From positions 78,802,001 to 78,866,000 of the forward strand of contig OX597819.1 of NCBI GenBank assembly GCA_951406725.2: a stretch of 64,000 nucleotides of DNA. Reading direction: 5' to 3'. The notes below the pieces were generated by a model. That model made no database searches and was not told where the DNA came from. It worked only from the letters and a program-made list of their open reading frames with translations. Within the stretch, counting starts at the first letter, position 1. Each line of letters opens with the position of its first letter. Shown here piece by piece: positions 23,872-36,770 of the stretch. Origin of the DNA: Octopus vulgaris (Eukaryota). The position numbers and the translations under genes were made by a program.

Positions 23872-25049
23872 ACTTAAGAAAAGTTTGAATTGATTAAAAT
23901 TTTTTGGAATATTATATGATTATTTGAAACAAATTAGATGGTAAATATTAATGCTTTTTTTTTTTTGTTGGAAATTTAATATAAATTTTGGCTTTCTCTC
24001 TCTCTCTCTCTCCCTCTATTCTGTCCACCCCACTTCGTTCTTTTAATATGGAAGAACGCCTGCAAAAGCAACTGCAATAATGAATGTGCAATACTTTGGT
24101 GGCACCAATCTTGTTTATTCTGCACTTGCACTGTTTAATTGCTTCCTTGTGTGCATTGTGCAATTTGCATTGCATCTGTTTCCCCATAGTTATTGTGATA
24201 CTGGTGTGACGTACACACAGTCAACAACAGCAACAGCAGCAATGATATCCAAAGGTTGCAGTCTAAACGCTGTGGTTAGTTGTTGCATTGTCTCTGCGGA
24301 ATTCGAAGAGTGTTTTATCTGGGTGTCTGTTTCAGTCATTTGGTTGTGGTCATGCTGGAACACTGCCTTTAAAGGGTTATAGCCAAAGAAATCGTCCTCA
24401 GGACTTAGTCTTTGTAAGCCTAGTACTTACTCTATTAGTATCTTTTGCCGAACAGTTAAGTTACGGAAACATAAACACAGTAGCATCAGTTATCAAGCAA
24501 CAGCGTGGGGGCGGGGTGGGGTGTGTGGAACACAGACACACACACACACAAAGACACACACACACACAAAGACACACACACACACAAAGACACACACACA
24601 CACACAAACTTATGAAATCAAAGGTAGAACAGAAAAAAAACACAATGCGGGGGAAAAAGGACGATAACACGACAATGGTAAAACATGACACATGGATAAT
24701 TTGCAGCCAATTGCCTTTTCGGTCGGAGTCCATGTAGTTTCGCCCACTTCTCACTGATACTTCTCGAAACGGGTTTGGCCAGGGATCTAAGCTAAAAGCA
24801 TGAAGCCTCTGGGCAAGGCAAATGAATGTACATATACGAAAACAAATAAGTAAACAACAGAAATGGTCTTTCGACTATCGGACAGATCTAATAGTATTAT
24901 ACATCTACAATGAAATAGAATTATACATAAACAATGGACAAACGCCTTTCGGCTATACAACAAAAGGAAAATAATTATACAATTAGAACAAAAATTAAAC
25001 AAAACAAACATGGTCTTTTGACTTTACACACAATGGGCTTCTTTCAGTT

Positions 25050-25281
25050 TCTTCTTTCTTTACTGCCCACAAAGGGCTATACACAGAGAGGACAAACAAG
25101 GACAGACAAACGGATTAAGTCCATATCAACCCCAGTGCATAACTGGTACTTAATTTATTGACCCTGTAAGGATGAAAGGCAAAGTCGACCTCAGCGGAAT
25201 TTGAACTCAGAGAGTAATGGCAGACGAAATACCACTAAGCATTTTGCCCGGCGTGCTAATGCTTCAGCCAGCTCGCCGCCT
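25050..25281 (-). mobile_element. SINE family B (Nin/Deu-like) inserted in a family-A SINE
   Basis: Minus strand ggcggcgagctggc...gagttcaaattccgctgaggtcgactttgcctttcatcc. Similar copies lie at 45725-45955 and 61577-61807. Confidence 0.85.
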
Positions 25282-28200
25282 TTGCTTCTTTCAGTTTCTG
25301 TCTACCAAATCCATTCACAAGGCTTTGGTCGATCTGAGACTATAGTAGAATACACTTGCCCAAGGTGACGTGCAGTGGGACTGAACCTGGAACCATGTAA
25401 CTGGGAAGCAAGCTTCTTACCACATAGTCATGCTTGCACCTCTTTGTATCTCTTTGTTTCAAAGAATGGGTTGGAGTTACTACTTCTTGATGTGACATTT
25501 CTTCATCCATATCAGTATTGCCAAACCTAAACATGTTTTCAAAAATTTTGAGAATACCCAGAAGAAAAAAACATAATCACTATATACCTGTAAAGGAATG
25601 CTGAACTGGTTCATTTTCAACCAGCTATCAATATTGGAACAATTTCTGTCAGACCCACACTATTTGGAAGATATAAAAAATATTTGTTTTGAAAAGTTCA
25701 CCTTCATTTCCAACATGCATGCCATATCAGGTAAATAAGAATTGTGACCAGAGGCATTATTGTCCAGCAAATTCATACGTCACATTTTGGATGCTCTTCA
25801 AAAAATTCAACATATATTCTAAATAAACAGTTTTGGGTATTCAAAACTTTATTGTGGAAAATGAATCAATATAGTAACAGGTGTGGCTGTGTGACAAAGT
25901 TTGTTTCCCAACCACTTGGCTCCAGATCCAGTCTCGTTTCATGGCACCTTGGGCTGACCAAAGCCTTGTGAGTAGATTTGGTAGACAGAAACTTAAAGAT
26001 GCCTATCATGTGTGCATGTGTGTCTGCCTGCCTCTCTTTGTCCCTCACTGCTGCATGACAATCAGTCTTCATGTGCTTATGTCTCCGTAACTTAGCAGTT
26101 CGGCAAAAGAGACCTATAAGATAGGCACCTGGCTTGAAATGAAAAATAAGCGCTGGAACCAGTTAGTGTGACTAAAATTCTTCAAGGTGGTGTCCTAGCA
26201 TGGCTGCAGTCTAATGACTGAAGCAAGTAAAAGATAAAATATAATTCTTGTCAATTTTTAAGATTTACAACTTAGGCATTTCATGATTTATGTTTCCAAC
26301 TTTCACACATGCCACTTAAGAATGGCCTTATTCCAAATTAGTGAAGCACCACATAAAGGTATGGGCTGAAATTGAACAGGTGCTTGATAGTATAATGCAA
26401 AATGAATACTGGTCTATGTTTCAGATGTGTGGGGCAGAGCTATTTTATCTTTTCTTTCACAATAGGCTCTATCCAAAAACTTAGGCTCTGTGACACTGCT
26501 TTAGTCCTTGAAATGCTTACATCACACCAGTTTTGGTTTTCTGTGCTCAAGTGCAGATATGGCTGTATGGTTTAGTAGCTTGCTTCCCAATGATGTGATC
26601 TTAGATTCAGTCTCATTGTGCAGCACCTTGGGCAAGTGTCTTCTTCTATAACCCCTGGCCAACCAATGCCTTGTGAGTAGATTTCGTAGATGGAAATTGA
26701 GAGCGGCCCATCATATGTATGTATGCATGTATGTATCTATGTCATTATTCAGTTTTATTTTAAGATTTCTTGCCAATAGAGAAAAAGCTGTATGTTTTAT
26801 GTATGCATTCTCATGCATATAGTTGCATATCTTGACATGCTCATATATATTAAAATGATAAACTTCTGGAAAGTTTTATAGATTTTTTACAGTTCCCATG
26901 ATGGGTTGGATCTATCCATCTATATATCTGTCTGTCTGTATGCATGCATGTTTGTGTTTGTTTACACATTTCTGTGTGCTATCACCTGGGCATCGTGATG
27001 GTTGTAAACGAGTATCATTGTCATCCAAGCGACGTTGTTTGCTTCCAGTCTTTCATAAAAAACATGCCTACCTATGGCAAAATATTACCTTGCTTGGAAA
27101 CAGGTAAGAGTTGGTGTCAGGAAGGACATCTGGCCTCAGAAAAATCTACCTCAAGAAATTCCGTCTGACCCATGCAAGCATGAAAAAGTAGACGTTAAAT
27201 GATGATGATAATGATGGTGGTGATGATGAGGATCCAGGTTATCAGATAAATTGCAAGTGGTAATTTGATGTTAGATTTATTCCGAGCTGTAATCTATACT
27301 TGAACCTGGCACCATGCTTCTCCCAAAGTAACTGATTAGAGGCAGACATCAAAAATCATGCCAACTATTATAGAAAGATCTGTAAACGTATTTCTTGTTC
27401 TCATTGTCATAGGAAGCTTAGTAAATAGACAAAAATAAGTTTTTAATTCATTAATCATTTCTGAAATTATTAAAATTGTTTGGAAAGATGAAAAATTATT
27501 TTAAAGAAAAAAAATAATGAATAAATAAGTGAAGTAAAAATAATAAAAATTGTAAAGGAAATGAAGATAAAAAGCAACAAAAACAAAAGAATTGAAATAA
27601 AAAAGCAAATATAAATTTAAATATAAAAAAAATTATACAATAACAAGAACAATTATAAAATACAAATTCACATTTATATTTGCAGTTGTCTTTTGGAGAA
27701 AATTGAGATTAACTAAGGAACGGAGAGGGAGGGAGGAGAGAAAGAGAGAGAGAAGCTAACTTGCTGTAAATTGAATGAGCAAAATATTATTTTAGATAAT
27801 CCATATAAAACCATAGAAGGAATAGGAAAATAAAATGAAATAAACTTAAATAAAAATAGAATTTTAAAAAAATAAAATAAAACTGAAATGTTGTAATGAG
27901 TGGAATTTGAAAATTAGGGAGGAGATTATCAACTTTTCATAGCATCGTAATTACATTTGCATTTTAATGATGATTAAAAGTTCACCTTGCTCACAGATTG
28001 ATCTTGGTCGTATGTTTTAGTTATGTTTTCTCTGTGGGTGCGTGCATGTTTGTGTACTTATGTGTGTGTGTGTGTGTTTGAGTTTGTGTATGTCTCTGTG
28101 TTTTTCAGCGAGTGTGTTAGTGTTTGTGTGTGTGTGTGTGTGTGTGCGCATCTGTGTTTGTCAATGACTGTGCGTGAATGTGTGTCTGGCTGTTTGTGTA

Positions 28201-29029
28201 TGTGTGTGTGCGTCTTTGTGTGTGTCCGTGTGTAAATCTGTGTTTGTTTGTTTCTGTGTGTGTGTGTGTGTGTATGTGTATTTATGCATCTAAATGTATG
28301 TGTGTATGCATCTGTGTGTATGTGTGCATGCATCTGTGTGTATGTGTGCATCATTGTGTGTGTCTGTGTGTAAATCTGTGTTTGTTTGTGTTTCCGTGTG
28401 TGTGTTTGTATTTATCTTTGTTGTATATTACCTTGCAGCAAGTACAGCCGTTGTTGTTGTTGCTGTTATTGTTGCAATGCTTCCATATTACAACAGATTA
28501 TTAATGTCGGTCGCTTGAGTTGTGGAACTTAAAGCGAACATACTCATCAGTTAGAATTTCATTCAAAGGGAGCATCTCCATGATAGTACCATCTTGTCAA
28601 GGTAGGCCAAATCAATCAGCAGGCTAAATGCCCTCAGAACATGTACATTTTAAGTTCAAATGCTACCGAAAGGACACTGCCATCTTGTACTCCAAGGGTA
28701 TTTTGTTTCACTGTGCTATACCCACTTCATGAAAATTGCAGCTTTATGTGTAGTTTCATGTGTATCAACAACAGCGCCTTCATATGTTCACTCAGCATGC
28801 AAGAAATAACAGTCAAATTTCCTTCAAACCACATCCTCTTGTCCTACACAAATTATGTGCATTATTCAGGGATGCTACATAGGACTATGTTTAGGCGCAG
28901 GTGTGGCTCTGTGGTAAGAAGCTTGCTTCCCAACCACATGGTTCTGGGTTCAGTCCCACTGTGTGGAACCTTAGGCAAATGTCTTCTATTATATCCTTGT
29001 GCTGACCAAAGCTTTGTGATTGGATTTCA

Positions 29030-29235
29030 AAGACAAAATGAAAGAGAGGTTGGGATCATCTGGCATGAAAAGCTGCAAATATCACCAAAGTTTATTGGAA
29101 GTACACAGTTGGCAGCAATATTTGGAACAGCTCATGTGTTGAGGAAAGTGTTGCGTCTCCAAGATTCAGGAAGGAGCTGAAACATGACACAGTTAAATCA
29201 GAAGAAAGGAAGATAGAAATAATAATAATAATAAT
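29030..29235 (+). mobile_element. R4/Dong-like LINE 3' end relic
   Basis: Translation ...QLAAIFGTAHVLRKVL... followed by a short 3' UTR and an (AAT)n tail. Confidence 0.6.
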
Positions 29236-29475
29236 AGCAATAACCCTTTCTACTATAAACACAAGGCCTAAAATTTGGGGGCTGGAGGTAAGTCAATTAC
29301 ATCGATCCCAGTGCTATACTGGTACTGAAAGGATAAAAGACAAAATCAACCTCAACAGAATTTCAACTCAGAATGTAAGGAGTTAGAAGAAATGCCATTT
29401 AGCATTTTTACCATCATTGCTAACAATTCTGTTAGCTTTCTGCTTTATAATAATAATGATAATAATGCCAACAAC

Positions 29476-29690
29476 AACAAGAGCACTCAGAGAGCGCAAA
29501 CCTCTGCCAAGGCAACACCCAACATCCTCTCAATGATTAGCTGGGGATGATTTTTAAAATGAGAATATCTCAAATAAATTCAACTGCTTTCACAAACGAG
29601 AATACTAAAAATGAACCTGACTGCTCTCAAAAATTAAGTTAAAAAAACGGAAAAATAATTAGCATCCTTGTCCAGTACCTGATTGATCCT
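29476..29690 (+). mobile_element. Dispersed element beginning AACAAGAGCACTCAGAGAG (tentatively Helentron-associated/HINE-like)
   Basis: A longer homologous copy lies at 58418-58740. The classification is from recalled mollusc element structure only. Confidence 0.5.
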
Positions 29691-29722
29691 AATGGTAATA
29701 TACAACAAAGATGAATAAAATC

Positions 29723-29753
<31 letters not shown>

Positions 29754-30471
29754 TATTATTATTATTATTATTTCAAATTTTTGCCACAAAGGCAGCTTGC
29801 AGGACGTGGGGAATATAATAATAATAATAATATAATAGATATAATAATATATAATAATATGATAATAATAAATATAAATAATAATAAATACCTAGTGGTA
29901 TTTAGATACACCTCTTTATGTTTTGAGTTCAAATCCTGCTGAAATCTACTTTGCTTTCTATCCCTCTAAGGTCAGTAAAAAACTGGGATTGATAGAATTA
30001 GTTAACCTCCTTTGCCCAAAAACTTCAGGTCCTGTGCCTGTTTCAGCTTGTGATGTTCTGAGTTCAAATCCTGCTGAGGCCAACTTGCTATGGAATTATT
30101 TAGATTGTAACTATCCCTGATCAAGCAGAACTCTGATCATCGAAGTTGTTTCTAACCTTCAGCAATTGGCTTTTTTCATTTTAAGCACAGCCTACCTTGG
30201 AGTACATAATCTAATGTATCATCCCCACCTCCCTATCTCCTTCTTTTGTTGCAAGGCAGATTCTGTAAGGAAATGAGGGAAATTTGGCTGCTATTCATTG
30301 CAATGTTGCACGACCACATCGATGCACAACCCTAGGCTGGTTTGAATATTATACAATGGAGTGTCGGTGTACTTAATGAGTTTGTTTTGCGTAAGTTTAC
30401 ATTGCTACCAGCGTTATGAATGCTGCGATGTCATGTTTATATAAAAATGAGAAAATAAATATGAAGCGTAC

Positions 30472-30509
30472 CTGTTTGCTTTTCTAGCCACACCAAATCT
30501 TTACTGTCT
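30472..30509 (-). CDS. 38-nt exon (LDSKDLVWLEKQT)
   Basis: Acceptor cttcctctcagctattttcag, donor CAG|gtacgc. Only the phase 2-in / phase 1-out frame is stop-free, matching both neighbouring exons. Confidence 0.7.
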
Positions 30510-31254
30510 CTGAAAATAGCTGAGAGGAAGCCATAAGGTTTAATAGTTTCGCTTCCCCTTTCTTCAGTTCCCCCCCTCCCCCCCCATTTTTCAACTTTCC
30601 TTCTTTCCTTCTCCTCTTTATCTTATCTCCTCTGTTAAGTGATATTGTGGCTGTTGTCTCAATGTTTGGTTTTAAACAGGTGTCTCGGTGGATCCATTGG
30701 ACATACTGTTTGTCTCTCTTTGTCAAGACATCCAACATTCTGGTTGGTTGATTGCAGCCTCTGCCTGGCAACTAGACACTCTGGCTTCCTTCTTGAAATC
30801 CATTCATCTCCCTCACTTTTTATCTCCCCTCCCTTCCTTCGCCTTCACTCTCTTTAACACTGTCCTCTTCTGTCTTACTCTCTCTCTCTCTCTCTATCTG
30901 GTCTGTTTATGTTTTCCTCAACTTGTATGTAAATGTCTTAATCTTGACTTTATAGAATAGCTGTGTTCTTGGAAATGTGTTCCTGCCATGCCTGCAGTGC
31001 TTTGCTCCATCCTCCCTTTTATACTGTCCTCCTCATTTTTCGTGTAGTACTTACTAAACAAGCAGTTTCATTCGGATACTACTACAACTTCCTCTACTGT
31101 TCTTGTTGTAGCTGATGCACTTCTTCCTATTTTTCTTCATTATCACCATTATATTTCCATTTTCCTCCTCCTTGTTCTAATTCCTGTAGCCTCAGTATCT
31201 AATCCCTTTGCTTTCCCTTGGTCATTTATAAGGAAAAAAAAAAAAAAATTTAGG

Positions 31255-31995
31255 TGGGTGGTTAAGAAGCTTAGATCACTGTTATGTAGTTTCGGATTCA
31301 ATCCCAATGTGTGGCACCTTGGACAAGTGTCTTCAACTACAGCCCTGGATTAATTAATGCCCTGTGAGTGAATTTGGTAAATGGAACCTGTATGGAAGCC
31401 CATTGTGCGTGTGTGTGCATGTGTTTGTTTTTGCATTTGCCACCCATCACCATTTGGGTGTTGGTTTATTTATGTTCCTTCAGCTTAGCAGTTGGGCAAA
31501 AGAATAAGTACCAGACTTAAAATAAAAACAATATTTTTATTCTTTTGCTGGTTTCAGTCATTTGGTTGTAGCAAGGCTGAAGCACCAGCTCGGAGGGATT
31601 TAGTCAAACAAATCAACCACAGGACATTTTTTTTTTCTTTTTAAGCTTAGTACTTATTCTGCCAGTCTCTTTTGCCAAATGACTAAGTTATGGGGTTGTA
31701 AACACACCAACATCAGTTATCAAGCAGTGGGGGTGGGACAGATGCAGACACAAAGACAAACACATAAATAAAATATAATATAATATAATATAATATATAT
31801 ATATATCATATAATGTAATATAATATATATACTACGGGGTTCTTTCAATTTCCATCTACCAAATCCACTCACAAGGCTTTGGTTGACCTGAGGCTATAGT
31901 AGAAGACACTTGCTCAAGGTGCTATGCAGTGGGACTGAACCTAGAGCCATGTGGTTAGGAAGCCAGCTTCTTGCCACACAACCATGATTGTACCT
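31255..31995. mobile_element. Two family-A SINEs tail-to-tail
   Basis: Plus copy ~31255-31520 and minus copy ~31540-31995. Confidence 0.75.
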
Positions 31996-32359
31996 ATATA
32001 TGTATATATATGATAGGCTCCCACACAGTTTCCATTTGCCAAATTCATTCACATTGGTTGGGCCAGTGCTATAGTAGAGGTCACTTCCCCAAGGTACCTC
32101 ATGGTGGAACTGAACCTCACACCAGATAGCTCCAAAGCAAGCTTCCTAACTATATAGCCCTTGTGTATCAGAGATCTTTGTCTATCCAAAGAGCATAAGA
32201 GATAAAACCTCTGCAGATAGCATTTTAAAAGACGATAAGGGGCCCTTGCATGAAAGTGACCTGTGGGATCATAGTTAATTATTAGTTCTAGTTTTTGACT
32301 GTTATACATTTTGTTGATCCAGAATGGTGAAAGATGAATTGTTGTTAAAACAGTAATAT

Positions 32360-32807
32360 TTAACCCATAGCATTTTGCCCTTTAGCAATTAAACTGGCTA
32401 TATCCGGCCTAAATATTCTACCTGTTTTATGTTCAAACCGGCTAGATCCAGTCTCTCACACCTACCCTACAATGTCATCCTGAAATAAAGTCACATCATT
32501 GAAATCTCAAAAGTACCTGATATTGCATGATTGATTTAAAACATTGTGAGTAAATGCATATTAGATTTGACAGATTGAGATCTCAATACTAAAGGGTTAA
32601 GCTGGCCATATCTGGCCAAAATATCCTACCTGTTTTATCTTGTTCAAACCAGCCAGATTCTTGCCTCTCACCTACCCTAGAATGTCATTCTCAAAATAAT
32701 CACGTCACCAAAATCTTGAAGCTACAAGATAATGCATGATCAATTCAAAATAATGTGAATCTATAAGAGTTCTATTTGACAGAGTAATCTGAATGCTACT
32801 GGGTTAA
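32360..32807. mobile_element. Tandem pair of piggyBac-like MITEs
   Basis: ttaaccc...tagca / ctaaagggttaa ends with TTAA, two head-to-tail copies. Family members lie at ~16850-17045, 46509-47040 and 59809-60020. Confidence 0.7.
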
Positions 32808-34103
32808 ACACATACAAAAGAAACAAACATTAGCTGTTGCTGTTAAGCTTCATTTGATGTACACATTCTTGGTATGTTAAATGCAGTAAGATTTAGATGA
32901 ACGGATACGTTGATAAGTGAGGCCATATTGTGTGGGGTGTCATTTATTAGTGAGCACATGTTGCGTGGATTGTAGTTTAACAGAGTGTGGTCATGTTATG
33001 ATGTGTTGTTTTGCATTGATTGAGAGCATGCTGTTTGTAGTATTGTGTGGCCATGAGTGCATATTGTTTGGAGTAAAGTTTGGCAGCAAGGTTGGGCATG
33101 CTACATACTAATGTTGTATAGTATAGTGTGGCAGTGAGGGCATGTTGTGTGGGGGTGTAGTTTTAGTTGTGAGTACATGTTGTGCAGATCATTTAGTGCC
33201 AGTGAGGGCATTTTTGTAGATCATTTAGTGCCAGCAAAGGTATCATCATCATCGTTTGCCTTGCATGCTGGCATGAGCTGAATGGTTTGACAGGAGCTGG
33301 CCGGGCAGAAGACTGCACCAGACTTCTGTGTCTGTTTTGGTATGGTTTTTACAGCTGGATGCTCTTCCTAACACCAACCACCCAGCAGCATGGACTGAGT
33401 GCTTTTTATGTGGTGTCAGCACAGGCGAGGTCAGTTTTGGCATGGTTTTTACAGCTGGATGCCCTTCCAAACACCAACCACTTTACAGTGTCAACAGGAT
33501 GCTTTTTACGTGGTACCAGCACTGGCATGGTCACCAAATAACTTCCAAGGCAAAGATCTTTTGAGAGGGGTGGGGTGGGGCTGAGGCCATTTTGCGCCGG
33601 ATTGCAGTGCAGTTGGAAGTGGCTTGTTATATCAATTTTTATAATTAAAAGGCTTGCAAAGTGATACTTGCTATTGAGATACACACACTGGACTCAGTCA
33701 ATGTGCAACAGTGTTAACTCGAGAAGATTTATTTGAGGTGGTTGGCCAAGCCCAGCACTAAAGTCTAATGGGGCAATTGAAGTAGTTAAGGAGTAGTGCT
33801 GCTGTTGATAAATGTGATGGTGGTGGTTGTGGTACTGGCGGTAGTAACATTAGTGTGACAAACTATATGAGAAGCATTTATAGTTTTATTAACTACAATA
33901 GTATGGGGTCAGGTGGGGGATGGGGCAATCATTGTGGTGGTGGTGGTGGTTGTGGTAGTTTCAGTATTGGTAGCAAAGATGCCAGAGAAACTATTTATGT
34001 GAAGAGCAAACATTTCACTTCTGAATGAATAATAGTTATTCTACAAAACAGTTTATCATGAAGAATTTTTGCTGGTCGGAGAAATCCTGTGATGATTTCT
34101 TAC

Positions 34104-34115
34104 AAATCAGGAATG
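34104..34115 (-). CDS. 12-nt microexon (SIPD)
   Basis: Acceptor gtctgtctctcgtcctatcag, strong donor |gtaaga. Symmetric phase 2-2. TGCATG lies ~25 nt upstream of the acceptor. Confidence 0.65.
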
Positions 34116-35175
34116 CTGATAGGACGAGAGACAGACGCATGCACTCACATACAGACAGACACCTACACACATCAATACACTTTATACATACATATATATA
34201 TATATGTATGTGTGTATGTGTGACTCTTATATCTGTGAGTGTACATTTATGTGCACACACACACACACATATATGATATATATTATAGTAACTCTGGTGG
34301 TAGCGGTGGGGGTCCCTATGTGATATCTTTAATGTACATTAGCTTTTGATGGTGTGCACTGGTAGTAGTGATGGAGGCTGCAGTGGTGTTGATGGTGCAG
34401 CAAGTGATGCAGATGGTGGTGGTGGTGTGCAAGCAGGGGTTAGTTAGGAGGAGGTTGAGCTAATGGTTGTACAGCATTTCTTGGCTCTTTAAGCAAAAAT
34501 AACACACACACACACACCTCTTCACTTTACCAACAATGACGACTACTACTACTACTACTACAACTACTACTGCTACTCTCACTCTACGGCAGCCGTCATC
34601 CACCCTCTCTCTTAGCTTGGACCTTTCTACCTCTTTTTTTCTTCTTTTCATCCCAGACCCTTGGGATACTTTTTAGAGAGATACACGGACATTCTTTACT
34701 CTCTATGCAACTCCGGTTTACTCTCTGACCTCCCCTCTCTCCCACCCTTTCGCTTTTTGTTTCTCACATTCTGTCTATTTCTAGCATTACCCATTTTGTC
34801 ATCTTCATCATTATCATCATCATCATCATCTCTTTCTCCTCCTCTTCCTCCTCCTCCACCACTAATATCTGGTTTTCATACCCACTCCCTGACCATTTTA
34901 CGGTTTCTTTCTCCATCTTTCCCTCCATGTTTCATAGGCTATCTCTATTTCCTAATGTACTACTCATTCTTCCTCAACACTTTGGAAATACTTTCTCTTA
35001 ATCTTTCTTCCCCCCTCTCTCTCCTTCTCTCTTTCACACACACACACTCACACACACACATCAATGCTCCCCCTCACTGTCTCCTATTGTTTTACTGTTT
35101 CAATGTCTCTCTCTCTCTTGCACACATGCATCACACCAGTTCTCTCACTCTCTTTGTTTTACTGTTTCAATTGCC

Positions 35176-35206
<31 letters not shown>

Positions 35207-36486
35207 CAGTGCTCTCCCTCTCATTGTTTTACTGTATTTCAATTGCTCTCTCTCTGTCTCTTTGTCTTTCTCCCACTCTTTTACTCTCTCACATACACAT
35301 ACCCTTACACTCTTGCACCCACCCTACACATTCTCCCCATCACCTCCCCCACCACACTGTTCTGCTCTCTAATATTGTTGGTTATTTACAAACCTTATGT
35401 GGCTCTTAAAATGAAAATTGTGTATTCTAGCTGCCAATAGTTTTGCCATATAATTTATAAAACTGTTGGTGATTTATTTACTTCAGAGAATAACGTTTCC
35501 CATGAAACATTTTTCACACACTTTCTGATTTTCGAAGAAGGAGAGAAATAGTGTTTGTTAGTGATTAGATAGACAGACAGACAGACAGACAAATGGATAG
35601 ATAGATAGATAGATAGATAGATTGATGTCTGAGTAACTCAGTAGGTAGACAGTAAGGTAGGTAGATAGATAGATCAGTAAATAGATGGGGTGGTGAAGGG
35701 TAGTTGGCTCATTTGGTAACTGCGTAGCTGCTGGCTACTTAGATAGTAGGGTTGATAGCTAGTTAGATGAATGGGTGCGTAAATAGATGGGTTACTAGAT
35801 AGATAGATAGAGGAATGAACTGTACTCAGTGTGGTGATCTCTCTTTCTTTCTCTTTTACCTAACTACCCATCTACATATGTGTGTTGTGTGTGGTGTGTG
35901 TATATATGCATGTCGTGTGTGTGTCTGTGTGTGTATGTGGTGTAAATTTATAGTAAAGGGATGTGGATATTGGGTACTATCTGTTTGGTAGGAGAAAGCG
36001 AAGGAAAGATATCCAGGGTACATTAGCTGAGGGGGTACCCTGGATATGTCGGTGAGTCGAAGGGATGTGGGGTGCAGGTGGAATGGAAGGTTAGCTCAGA
36101 TGTAGATGGACGCTAAGTTGATGCGGAGCAAGAAAGAGAAGGAAGAGTAAGAATACGGACAGGCTAAAGATGGACATGCAAAGTAAAAAAAAAAAGAAGA
36201 AAAAACAAAAAAAGAAATTGGAGTGGTGGCAACAGCAGCAATGATAGTGGGGAGGTGGGTTGGGGTGGCAGCAGTTGCGAGAATTTAGAGAGATGGAGGT
36301 GAATGGATGAACGAATGACTGGGTGATTGTGAACCAAGTGGCTGTTTAAACTGGACATGATGGAGTAGTGAATAGCTGTCATGCACGCACACACACACGC
36401 ACACCTACACACACATACACACACAATTACACACACCCTTTCTTGCGCCTTGCCTTCTTTCTCTCTTTCTCTCTCACTACATTGTA

Positions 36487-36649
36487 TTATATATATATAT
36501 ATGTGTGTGTGTGTGTATATATGTGTGTGTATATATATGTGTGTGTGTGTGTATATATATGTGTGTGTGTATATGTGTGTGTATATATATGTGTGTGTGT
36601 GTGTGTGTGTATATATGTGTGTGTATATATATGTGTGTGTGTATATATA

Positions 36650-36680
<31 letters not shown>

Positions 36681-36770
36681 GTATATATATACATATATGC
36701 GTGTGTATATATATATATATATATGTATATACACACACACACACACATATACATATACACACACATATAG
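36487..36770. repeat. Compound (TA)n/(TG)n microsatellite
   Basis: Direct observation; it generates several spurious ORFs. Confidence 0.95.

Noticed and set aside
28641-29180. 179-aa ORF
   Set aside because: A chance read-through of unique DNA, a family-A SINE and a LINE 3' relic.
34661-35440. 259-aa ORF
   Set aside because: Low-complexity CT/CA repeat sequence that is depleted in stop codons.
35482-35524. Minus-strand acceptor with a 43-nt (or 3-nt) exon
   Set aside because: The 43-nt version breaks phase with the chain, and a 3-nt exon cannot be supported from sequence alone.
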